Both the position numbers and the translations under genes were made by a program. A stretch of 64,000 bases of DNA, taken from a virus. The stretch is taken from positions 32,001 through 96,000 of the IMG/VR virus record IMGVR_UViG_3300026097_000805; one strand, given 5' to 3'. The notes under the pieces are model-generated. The model was given only the letters and a program-made list of their open reading frames with translations, searched no databases and was not told the origin of the DNA. Below are positions 9,698 to 17,728 of this stretch, piece by piece. Positions within the stretch are counted from its first letter, which is position 1. Each line of letters opens with the position of its first letter.

Positions 9698-10125
9698 TAG
9701 TCAGACAGATTGAGTTCGAAACACTTAAAAATTATTGGATCGAAGTAGATCATTTTAAAGATCCTAACAAGCGCATTGTGGAAGTTATAAGGCGTCTAGG
9801 ACCGCATACAACGACCTACAGCGACCCTCGACGCATAGCCTATGGGCTTTATGACGATCACAAACTCATAGGTGCTACACAGCTAGTACAGTGGAGTGCT
9901 ACACATATACGATATAGAACATTAAATATTAGAAAAGAATATAGAGGACAAGGACTAGGTTGGAAACTTTTACAATCAGCATATGAACAGGATTGGCTAG
10001 GCAAAGGAAATTTGTTTGGATGGATAAGAGACACACATTATGATTGGGCTCTAGCACATGGATTTACAGATTTAGATGCGGAGTGGACAGAAGATCATAT
10101 TGCTATGGAAAGGAAGATGACGTGA
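9694..10125 (+). CDS. GNAT family acetyltransferase
   Basis: LNIRKEYRGQGLGWKLL acetyl-CoA motif A; ATGA overlap supports start 9694. Confidence 0.85.
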   Translation: MIVRQIEFETLKNYWIEVDHFKDPNKRIVEVIRRLGPHTTTYSDPRRIAYGLYDDHKLIGATQLVQWSATHIRYRTLNIRKEYRGQGLGWKLLQSAYEQDWLGKGNLFGWIRDTHYDWALAHGFTDLDAEWTEDHIAMERKMT

Positions 10126-10685
10126 ATGTAGAACCTTTAGAATATAATTTTGACATACAACAATTAAAAGATGAATGTGAAAATTTAATCAGCACTGTTG
10201 GATTACACAAACATCATAATCAAATCAGTCTCAAACACACCGCTGATGAACTATTAGATAATCCATGGTACCAAGGCTGCGGCAGTTTAAAATATAAATT
10301 TGGCGAGGACTTTATAGACCAAAATGGTAATCTCAAAGAATCTGAAGCCAAACTAGAACAGAGTGATTTTACTAGATTAAATAAAGTACTCACAGGTACA
10401 TATCTAGAAGAAGTACATGATACGGTTGCTCAAGAATACAAGTTTGGACGAATGAGACTAATGGCAATGCCGCATAAAAAATGCATGAGCATACACACTG
10501 ATACAAGCAAGCGTATACATATACCTATAATAACCAATGAAAACTGTCTAATGATAATAGACAATAAAGTGTATCATATGCCTGCCAACGGCAATGCTTA
10601 TTTAACAGATACAACAAAGCCGCACACTGCTCTTAATGCTAATCACAGTTTTATGCGGCTTCATTTATTATTTGATTTATTTTAG
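10122..10685 (+). CDS. Aspartyl/asparaginyl beta-hydroxylase-like 2OG-Fe(II) oxygenase
   Basis: RMRLM..L....SIHTD...RIHIPI...HMPANG.AY..DT.KPHTALN; GTGA overlap supports start 10122. Confidence 0.8.
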   Translation: MNVEPLEYNFDIQQLKDECENLISTVGLHKHHNQISLKHTADELLDNPWYQGCGSLKYKFGEDFIDQNGNLKESEAKLEQSDFTRLNKVLTGTYLEEVHDTVAQEYKFGRMRLMAMPHKKCMSIHTDTSKRIHIPIITNENCLMIIDNKVYHMPANGNAYLTDTTKPHTALNANHSFMRLHLLFDLF

Positions 10686-12163
10686 CTAACAGCATAAGCA
10701 GGCACTACATAATCTGTACCGTCTACATTAATTTTAAAATATGTTGAAGGAGTAGCAGGAAGTGCATTTGCTCCTCCAGCTGCACCAACAGTAGATTGTG
10801 TAGGTACATTTAGCTGGACAGTGCCGGTGCCGCTAGTACGTAATTCTAAATTCGCATTTGAAGATGTTGTAGAAATATAGTTATCATCTATAAGTATTTC
10901 TTCTGCTTGGATAGACCCGGTAAATATTGCATTTCCTCGAACATCTAGTTTAGCAGTTGGGGTATATGTACCGAATCCAAAATTACCTTCTTTGAGTGTA
11001 AAGTATTTTGATTCGTCACTGATAAGTGCAGTTTGAGTATCATGAGCCATACGCATATCTGCTGAACGACCACGAATTGTACAATCTGACCTATCTGTTG
11101 TTGAATCTTCGTATCCAAAATTAATTGACCCATAGTAGCCGCTATAAGATGAAAGGTCTCCTGTTAGATCGACTGTGTTGATATTGACCCTAGATCTTGT
11201 TTGTTTACTTTCGATTCTAAGGTCTAAAATATCTCCGTTATCGGGGCGTGTAATTGTGACTCTAGCTGTATCTGAATTTTTTGGAAGTATTTCAAGTATA
11301 TTAAGACTACTATTTGCGGTATCTAATAATAGCGCATCATCCTGGTGATATATAAATCCATTAACATTTCCTCTATATTCTCCTGTTGGAAAATCAAATA
11401 CTTTTACACCACTTTGATCAAATATATTAGCATGTAAAGGGGCATTTAATTTATTATCAACACCGTCTACTAATAACGTGCTGTCGTCACCAAAAACACT
11501 ACCTACTAGTTCTCCCACTACATTACCAGTTAAAGTACCGTTTAACGTATTACTCACTGCGTCAACAAGTAGTGTGCTGTCGTCACCAAACACAGATCCA
11601 AGTACATCGCCTGTATGAATCCCAGATGTGTTTCCTACGACATTTCCTGTAAATGTTCCTGTAAGAGATTCTGCTCTTAAATTACCAGTGCTAGAATCAA
11701 AAACAACAGTGCTATCGTCACCTATTAAATTTGCATTTATAGAAAGTGCATTTATTTGACCGTCGGCTACTATACTGTGAGCATATACATTGCCCCATCT
11801 TCTAGATAGACTTCCTAAGTCGAACGCAGAATCATTAGTAGGTGTAAGATTGGACCCAATTTGACCGCTTACAATAATATTATCTTCTACACCGTCGCCT
11901 AAATTGATATTACCTGTTGCTGTTATAGTTCCATCGATATTAATATTACCAGTGCCTGTAATATTATTGCCATTTAGATCTAAGTTGCCGCCTAGTTGCG
12001 GTGATGTATCGTCGACAAGGTCGCCACTAATTAATGTACCACCTGCTGTAGTACCATCGCCGATATAAACTTCTTTAGTATCGGTAACATATAATAATTC
12101 GCCTTCTATAGGCGTTATACTTGATCTATCTGCTTCTAAACCACGTCTAATTTGTAGGGCCAT
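10682..12163 (-). CDS. Tail fibre / receptor-binding-like virion protein
   Basis: N-terminal MALQIRRG...GEL.Y.TDT.E.YIGDG (Mtd/hyaluronidase-like fibre N-terminus), DTSPQLGGNLDLNG, Gly/Asn/Thr-rich repeats. Confidence 0.75.
   Translation of the reverse strand: MALQIRRGLEADRSSITPIEGELLYVTDTKEVYIGDGTTAGGTLISGDLVDDTSPQLGGNLDLNGNNITGTGNINIDGTITATGNINLGDGVEDNIIVSGQIGSNLTPTNDSAFDLGSLSRRWGNVYAHSIVADGQINALSINANLIGDDSTVVFDSSTGNLRAESLTGTFTGNVVGNTSGIHTGDVLGSVFGDDSTLLVDAVSNTLNGTLTGNVVGELVGSVFGDDSTLLVDGVDNKLNAPLHANIFDQSGVKVFDFPTGEYRGNVNGFIYHQDDALLLDTANSSLNILEILPKNSDTARVTITRPDNGDILDLRIESKQTRSRVNINTVDLTGDLSSYSGYYGSINFGYEDSTTDRSDCTIRGRSADMRMAHDTQTALISDESKYFTLKEGNFGFGTYTPTAKLDVRGNAIFTGSIQAEEILIDDNYISTTSSNANLELRTSGTGTVQLNVPTQSTVGAAGGANALPATPSTYFKINVDGTDYVVPAYAVS
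11478..11722. repeat. Three-copy coding repeat (GDDST unit) in the fibre gene
   Basis: GTGCTGTCGTCACCAAA at 11478-11494 and 11574-11590; GTGCTATCGTCACC at 11709-11722. Confidence 0.8.
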
Positions 12164-12195
12164 TTATGAACTCCTGGTAAAATATTCTACAACAG

Positions 12196-12201
12196 TATTT
12201 A
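12196..12201 (-). promoter_or_regulatory. TAAATA late-type promoter for the fibre gene
   Basis: Intergenic ATAAATAC upstream of an AGGAG SD and start 12163. Confidence 0.6.
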
Positions 12202-12218
12202 TGCCTTTTGCTACAAAA

Positions 12219-12530
12219 TCATTTGCGTTTTTTCATAAAGATATGCGTTCTGCTTTTGATATCTTGCTTTACCTTTTCAGTGTCCAATCGAAAATCTATA
12301 TTTACAATTACATCTTCATAAACTTCCAACAAGTCCTCTATAGCAGATTCTATATCTACTTCAGGTTTTTCTCTAGAAGATTTTACATCTACATCCCAAA
12401 CCTTGCCATCTTCAAATTCTATACGAACAGAATCTAAATACTCAATAGGTATAACATCAATATTAATTTCATCGAATACCTCCGGCCAGTGATCTATTAC
12501 ATCTGGTGGCAGTTTTTTATTTTTAGGCAC
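12219..12530 (-). CDS. Hypothetical phage protein
   Basis: 103-aa ORF, tightly packed. Confidence 0.75.
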   Translation of the reverse strand: MPKNKKLPPDVIDHWPEVFDEINIDVIPIEYLDSVRIEFEDGKVWDVDVKSSREKPEVDIESAIEDLLEVYEDVIVNIDFRLDTEKVKQDIKSRTHIFMKKRK

Positions 12531-13143
12531 TCTCTGTTTTCTTTGTTGTTTTTTTCTTGGTCGGGCTAAGAGTTTCGGCTTCTTCTCTTAGTCTTTTTGC
12601 TTCCTTAAACATAGCATCTGCTTGTGAACGATATTGAGCCGCAAGTGCTTCGTCGGTAATAACTCCATCGGCACTAGCTTCGGTAGGTGATTTAGTGTAG
12701 TCAGCAACCGGATCGGCTGTAGGTTCTTCTACAGGCGCTTTTACTGTTTGTCCATCTGGACCTTTGATTGCTAACTCGTCAACAGTAAGACCTCGCTGTT
12801 CTGCAATTAAGTTATTCAACTCAGATAACATAACCTTTGTTTTGTTGTCAGGAGTCATCTCAATTGTATTAGTTGGAAACTTTCTAAGCTTGCCTGTTGT
12901 ATGGAATCCTGCTAGCATATTTCTACCATCAGGAAGTGTAGCTCTTGCCATTGCTTCACCAAACTCATATGCTTCTTGACCTGCCGCTGATTCTACAGCT
13001 TTAATCAAAGCATCGTGTTCTCCTGCATCTAGATTTTCTGTTTGTACAACTAAGCAGTGCTCTGGCTCACCAGGTACTACTCTATATGCTACAATTACTT
13101 TTCTTTGATTAGCCGCAATGCGGCCTACATGTTTTAGTGCCAT
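12523..13143 (-). CDS. Hypothetical phage protein
   Basis: 206-aa ORF with SD (GGAG). Confidence 0.8.
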   Translation of the reverse strand: MALKHVGRIAANQRKVIVAYRVVPGEPEHCLVVQTENLDAGEHDALIKAVESAAGQEAYEFGEAMARATLPDGRNMLAGFHTTGKLRKFPTNTIEMTPDNKTKVMLSELNNLIAEQRGLTVDELAIKGPDGQTVKAPVEEPTADPVADYTKSPTEASADGVITDEALAAQYRSQADAMFKEAKRLREEAETLSPTKKKTTKKTESA

Positions 13144-13146
13144 TTT

Positions 13147-13383
13147 TTATTCTCCTTGTGCTTGTCCTTGTTGAGATGCAACAGCGTTTAGGAATAGTTC
13201 TAGCTTGTTATAAGTTGTTCCTATCACAGCCATTTCGTTTGGCTTAAACGCACCTCTGCTACTTGCAACATCAATAATTTGCTTAATAGCACTAAGATCT
13301 GTCACAGTAAGTTCAGGTGCTTGCTCGGTTTGAGATGCAGACTGTTCAACTGATTGTGTCTCAACTGCTTGTTCTTCACTCAT
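13147..13383 (-). CDS. Hypothetical phage protein
   Basis: 78-aa ORF with AAGGAG SD. Confidence 0.8.
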   Translation of the reverse strand: MSEEQAVETQSVEQSASQTEQAPELTVTDLSAIKQIIDVASSRGAFKPNEMAVIGTTYNKLELFLNAVASQQGQAQGE

Positions 13384-13412
13384 TTATTATACTCCTTTTT
13401 AAGTGTCATGTG

Positions 13413-13418
13413 TATTTA
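13413..13418 (-). promoter_or_regulatory. TAAATA late-type promoter
   Basis: TTAAATAC at the upstream stop, about 30 nt before start 13383. Confidence 0.5.
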
Positions 13419-13700
13419 ATTGTATTTTAAGTGTGGACATGCCAAAGTGAAATAAGAACATTCTTTTGGCTCTTCAAATCCAACCTTCATTACTGTATCT
13501 ATATTACCGTCATTTGACAAGTGTACAGCTTTGCCTAAATAATACCTACCCTTTAAATTCTCAGTAATCCATTTAACTAGGCTTTGCTCTAAATTATATG
13601 TAATAGGTATGTGAATATATTCAAAATGAGAGCAAGGCACCTCTTGGCGCCTTATCTCAAAAAAGTTTAAAGGGTTTGGGTCTTTATGTCTCTGCATCAC
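13416..13700 (-). CDS. Hypothetical phage protein
   Basis: 94-aa ORF, ATGA-type overlap with the upstream gene. Confidence 0.7.
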   Translation of the reverse strand: MMQRHKDPNPLNFFEIRRQEVPCSHFEYIHIPITYNLEQSLVKWITENLKGRYYLGKAVHLSNDGNIDTVMKVGFEEPKECSYFTLACPHLKYN

Positions 13701-15022
13701 GCCTCGTCATAGTGTGCTGTCTGTCCAAATGGTGCCTGCAAGTTCTTATCATGGTGACTGTGAATAACAAATACTGTATCGCAGTAGTCATCTTCTCCCC
13801 AGCTATCCCAAGCATACCCGTCTGTAAACATAAGGAACTTCTTAGGCTGGATGTCGTTCTCACGCATATACTTCCAGTTCGCCATAAAGTCAGTGCCACC
13901 ACCGCCTTTGATTTCATATTCCATCAAGTCGCGTCCGTCGTCAGCACTAAAGTCATCTTCACCATATACTTCTGTGTCAAAGCACCAAATCTTAATCTTG
14001 TAGTCTTTGTACTCGTCCATAATGCCTTTTACTTCTCCCAAGAAGTCTTCGGCTTGTGCATTACCAATACTGCCACTCATGTCAAGTGCAATGCAAATAT
14101 CAATAGTTTCGTCAAAATTCATACCAGGCAGTACTGCACCGCTCATCTGACCCTTTCGACTAGGGCGACTAAACGTATAGTCGCTTTTGATAGTACTCTG
14201 GATTTGTTGACGCAACAGTTCACGCCAGTTCATTTTAGGCTCAGTAAGCTCTTTGATCATACGCTGAACGCCTGCAGGAACATTGCCTGCGCCAGCGGCT
14301 TGTGCGGCATTAATTGTAGCTTCTTTGATCTCGTCTTTGATCTTTTTCAATTCTTCTTTAGAATATTTAGCAGGCTTTTTGCTGACATTATTGCCGTTGC
14401 TGTCTTGGCCTTCTTCACCATCTTCGCCTTCACCATCATCGCCTTCGTTGTCGAGGTGCTCGTCCAGCATTTCGCCTTCTTTATCTAGTTCTTTTAACAA
14501 GTCGGCAAGTTCTTTTCCTTGCTCTTCGACCTGCTTAAATAGTTCGTCGTACACTTCCTCTGAAGTCCATCCTTCGTATTTAAAATCTTGGAAACAGTCT
14601 ACAATCTTAGGTGTTTCTCCAATACGATCGCGTACAAGTGTGTTGTTTACAATATAGTCCGCCGCAATATTGTACAGCATGGGACTCCGGTCATCTCTAC
14701 GTCCTAAGTGATCAAACACCATATGCAGAATTTCGTGAGCAACAACAAATTCAATTTCTTTGTTAGACATTGCATTAAAGAACTGTGTGTTATAATACAA
14801 ATTGCGTCCGTCTACAGCGGCAGTAGGCAACCAATCGTCTGCTGCCAAAATACGTAAGCGTGTGGCCATATTACCGAAGAAGGGATGACGCAATAGTAAG
14901 CCTACTCGTGCAACAATAATACGATCGAGTACTTCTACACGCATTTCTTCTAGCTGTTCTTCTGTAATGTTAGGATCAGGTTGCCAGTTTTTAAGTTTAC
15001 TTGCGGTATCTTTAGCTGCCAT
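13697..15022 (-). CDS. DUF2201-like metallopeptidase + vWA domain protein
   Basis: PTAAVDGR, HEILH (HExxH), acidic linker, IALDMSGS (MIDAS DxSxS), GGGGTDF, TDG. Confidence 0.88.
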   Translation of the reverse strand: MAAKDTASKLKNWQPDPNITEEQLEEMRVEVLDRIIVARVGLLLRHPFFGNMATRLRILAADDWLPTAAVDGRNLYYNTQFFNAMSNKEIEFVVAHEILHMVFDHLGRRDDRSPMLYNIAADYIVNNTLVRDRIGETPKIVDCFQDFKYEGWTSEEVYDELFKQVEEQGKELADLLKELDKEGEMLDEHLDNEGDDGEGEDGEEGQDSNGNNVSKKPAKYSKEELKKIKDEIKEATINAAQAAGAGNVPAGVQRMIKELTEPKMNWRELLRQQIQSTIKSDYTFSRPSRKGQMSGAVLPGMNFDETIDICIALDMSGSIGNAQAEDFLGEVKGIMDEYKDYKIKIWCFDTEVYGEDDFSADDGRDLMEYEIKGGGGTDFMANWKYMRENDIQPKKFLMFTDGYAWDSWGEDDYCDTVFVIHSHHDKNLQAPFGQTAHYDEA

Positions 15023-15054
15023 GTTGCACCTTTATTGCTAGTTTCTATAGTATA

Positions 15055-15083
15055 ACTATAACATTATTTACAGGGTTTGTCAA
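15055..15083 (-). promoter_or_regulatory. sigma70-type promoter with TAAATA embedded in the spacer
   Basis: TTGACA-aaccctgTAAATAatgt-TATAGT, 17-nt spacer. Confidence 0.75.
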
Positions 15084-15088
15084 CCGAG

Positions 15089-15122
15089 AAAAGAAAAAGT
15101 GGGCCCATAAGAGCCCACTTTT
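15089..15122 (-). terminator. Rho-independent terminator after the MoxR ATPase gene
   Basis: AAAAGTGGGC-ccataaga-GCCCACTTTT stem (15095-15122); T-rich tail on the minus strand. Confidence 0.8.
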
Positions 15123-15128
15123 GGAACA

Positions 15129-16208
15129 TTATGCAGACTGTGCTGCCTTAATGTATTTGCCATAACGCTCGTGGAACTCGTCAAAACACTCCACTTCGTC
15201 TGGATCAATGGGCAATTGATACTGGGTAAGTGCAAGTTTAATGCCCATAACTACTAGTTCAGTATCAAAATTGTCCATTGCAAAGCGCAAGAAGTTATTA
15301 ACTTTATCGTCGAACTTCTTGTCGCCGTTATCGCAGGCTTCTTTAAGTTCGTAGCAGAGTGAGACAGTTAAGGAATACATAGCACTGATTTCTTTTGCCT
15401 TCATCTCTTTTACTTTGCCTGCAAGAATATCAGTTGGATTAGGCATACTCGCCGCTACTTTACGGTGAGCCATAAACTTCACAGCCAAACCCTCGCCAAC
15501 CGAACCGGACACAAGATCAGTAGTAGTATTTTCGTCTAGCTCGTCCTCGACTAATTCGCTTACAAAAGACCAGGAACGAGGTGTTGCAAACGAACGACTT
15601 GGGCTCTTAGGATCAAAATCGTACAAATCCTTCTTACTAAAAGTAAGGAACCCTACTACATCTTTGTGAATATTATTATTAACTGCCCACTGGAACCAGT
15701 CGTCAAAGTCAACACGCATTTCCAAGTGTACAAAGCGGTTAGCCAACGGAGCAGGCATACGATATGTGACTCCTTTGTCAGCTTCGCGATTACCTGCCGC
15801 AACAATATAAACATTGTCTGGCAAGTGATACTGTCCTACCTTGCGGTTAAGAATCAACTGATATGCTGCCGCTTGTACAGCAGGTGCCGCTGAGTTCATT
15901 TCGTCAAGGAAAAGCACAATAGCTTCATGTTGTGTTGCCATTTCTGTGTCGGGCAGTTCTGCAGGAGCACCCCATACCATTTTGTTAGCATTACTATCAA
16001 AGTAAGGAATGCCTTTAATGTCAGTAGGCTCCCAAAGTGACAAGCGAATGTCGATAACATGTGCATTAATAGTGTCGGCAATCTGATGAACAATGTCAGA
16101 TTTACCAATACCCGGAGGTCCCCAAAGAAAGATAGGACGTTTTTTAGCAATAGCGTGTTTAATAGAAGCCTTTGCGGCATTTGGGCTTACAGTACGTGCA
16201 GTATCCAT
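15129..16208 (-). CDS. MoxR-like AAA+ ATPase
   Basis: GPPGIGKS Walker A, LFLDE Walker B, AAGN, APLANRF. Confidence 0.9.
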   Translation of the reverse strand: MDTARTVSPNAAKASIKHAIAKKRPIFLWGPPGIGKSDIVHQIADTINAHVIDIRLSLWEPTDIKGIPYFDSNANKMVWGAPAELPDTEMATQHEAIVLFLDEMNSAAPAVQAAAYQLILNRKVGQYHLPDNVYIVAAGNREADKGVTYRMPAPLANRFVHLEMRVDFDDWFQWAVNNNIHKDVVGFLTFSKKDLYDFDPKSPSRSFATPRSWSFVSELVEDELDENTTTDLVSGSVGEGLAVKFMAHRKVAASMPNPTDILAGKVKEMKAKEISAMYSLTVSLCYELKEACDNGDKKFDDKVNNFLRFAMDNFDTELVVMGIKLALTQYQLPIDPDEVECFDEFHERYGKYIKAAQSA

Positions 16209-16256
16209 AGTATATTCCTCTTAGTTGGATCAGTGCTTATTTCTAACTATGTATTT

Positions 16257-16285
16257 AATATAGCAAATGATTGCTACTCTGTCAA
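16257..16285 (-). promoter_or_regulatory. sigma70-type promoter with overlapping downstream TAAATA
   Basis: TTGACA-gagtagcaatcatttgc-TATATT(aaatac), 17-nt spacer. Confidence 0.75.
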
Positions 16286-16680
16286 CCGTTATCTGAATCT
16301 TTCTTGTGCCGATTCATTGCTTTTAACAAGCCGTATTTACGTATGTCACCAGAAAAAAGATGCAATTCCATAGCTTTCTTTTCGTCTGTGACTGTGATAC
16401 CGTTGCGTCCCATAAAGTAAGGACAATCGATAAATTTATCTAAGAAGATTATTACTTGAGTAGTTATGTCAAAGTTTGCAGGATACGGAATATCATAAGT
16501 AGCAAGGTTTAATTCTTCTGATACAAAACGAAACCCCTCCTCAGTGAGTCGCAAGCCTCCACTGTCTTTTAATCTTATGTTTTGCCACCATACCGGCATA
16601 TGTTCTTTTATAGTAGCTTCTGTGACAGCTTTATTTGCCTGTTTCAGAAATATCTTAGTATATACTTCTTTCCAGTTCAT
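16282..16680 (-). CDS. Hypothetical phage protein
   Basis: 132-aa ORF. Confidence 0.75.
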   Translation of the reverse strand: MNWKEVYTKIFLKQANKAVTEATIKEHMPVWWQNIRLKDSGGLRLTEEGFRFVSEELNLATYDIPYPANFDITTQVIIFLDKFIDCPYFMGRNGITVTDEKKAMELHLFSGDIRKYGLLKAMNRHKKDSDNG

Positions 16681-16967
16681 TCTTCTTCAACTATTTCGCC
16701 TGCGGTAAGTTTTACTACCACAAAATCTTCGCATTTGAACATGTCGTTCAATTTTTTTGCTAGATTATGAGCGTGACCTGGATTTGAAAATGAAACTTTT
16801 TTATATTTAGGTCCTGGATAATTAGTAAGTACATTTGCAGACTTTAAATTGAAAGGTTTGTTTTTAAAAAATACAGCCCAGATAGCTTCTGCTTCTAAGA
16901 TTTGTTCAGTTTTATATGTTTTTTTATCTACGTATTCTACGAGTACCGTAGGTTTAGGCCTGCTCAT
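16677..16967 (-). CDS. Hypothetical phage protein
   Basis: 96-aa ORF with AAGGA SD. Confidence 0.8.
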   Translation of the reverse strand: MSRPKPTVLVEYVDKKTYKTEQILEAEAIWAVFFKNKPFNLKSANVLTNYPGPKYKKVSFSNPGHAHNLAKKLNDMFKCEDFVVVKLTAGEIVEEE

Positions 16968-17004
16968 ATGCGTAATTCCTTTAAATTAACTACGCATATA
17001 TTTA
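16966..17004 (-). promoter_or_regulatory. TAAATA late-type promoter overlapping an RBS/start-codon hairpin
   Basis: Inverted repeat ATATGCGTA (16966-16974) / TACGCATAT (16991-16999); TAAATA at 17004-16999. Confidence 0.65.
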
Positions 17005-17034
17005 TCTCTTTTGTTTAATTATCTACGCACATTA

Positions 17035-17277
17035 TTACCAACCACTACCTGAATCCATATTAATTTGAATAATTTGGTCTTCATTAGAGCCTTGCTTTGC
17101 TAATATTTTTTCTAGATCTCCATTTAATCTGCTCATTACTTCTCCTAGTGTAAAAGCAAGGCGTTTAGCATTTTGTATATCTAGTTTCAATTCTCTAGAA
17201 TTACTCAAATCAGCACTTTTTACCTGTGCGATGAACTGTTGAATTGGTGCTGTATTCAAAGGTTCATTTGTTGACAC
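17035..17277 (-). CDS. Hypothetical phage protein
   Basis: 80-aa ORF. Confidence 0.7.
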   Translation of the reverse strand: MSTNEPLNTAPIQQFIAQVKSADLSNSRELKLDIQNAKRLAFTLGEVMSRLNGDLEKILAKQGSNEDQIIQINMDSGSGW

Positions 17278-17728
17278 GACTTAACTCCTGACGCATTTCG
17301 ATATCAGTTTTGAACGGTCCGCGTGTTTCATATCGCTCTACCGTAATTAACTTAGGGCAAAAACTTTTAACCCAACCTTTATCAAAGTGTATGATATAAT
17401 ACCCTGCACAATATAAGCTTTTAGACTTTTCGCTTTTTGTAAAAAGCGGCAGTTTACGCTTTACATCGTACATATTATTATATGGCTCACAGCTCGTAGG
17501 AAATCCGTGAACTTCCTTGGGTAGTGTTTCTGTTATATTTAATTGTGTCCATTTAATACTGCTTTTAAAAGATTTTTGCAATTGTTTTGTGTTCTGAAAA
17601 AACTTAGTCCCTTGAACATCACTAAGCATATATTGATCTTCTGAAATACTTAATGTACCTATGCGCACACCGTTATCTTCTACGATCCAAAATTTATCTT
17701 TTACGATTTCTTTTGCATTAATTGTCAT
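17264..17728 (-). CDS. Hypothetical phage protein
   Basis: ORF track start 17803 lies deep inside RNase H; MTINAKE at 17728 preferred. Confidence 0.7.
   Translation of the reverse strand: MTINAKEIVKDKFWIVEDNGVRIGTLSISEDQYMLSDVQGTKFFQNTKQLQKSFKSSIKWTQLNITETLPKEVHGFPTSCEPYNNMYDVKRKLPLFTKSEKSKSLYCAGYYIIHFDKGWVKSFCPKLITVERYETRGPFKTDIEMRQELSRVNK

Noticed and set aside
254-10685. RiPP precursor peptide for the radical SAM operon
   Set aside because: There is no intergenic space or short SD-led ORF within the operon, and no PqqD/RRE-like domain was recognised. A precursor could lie outside the window.
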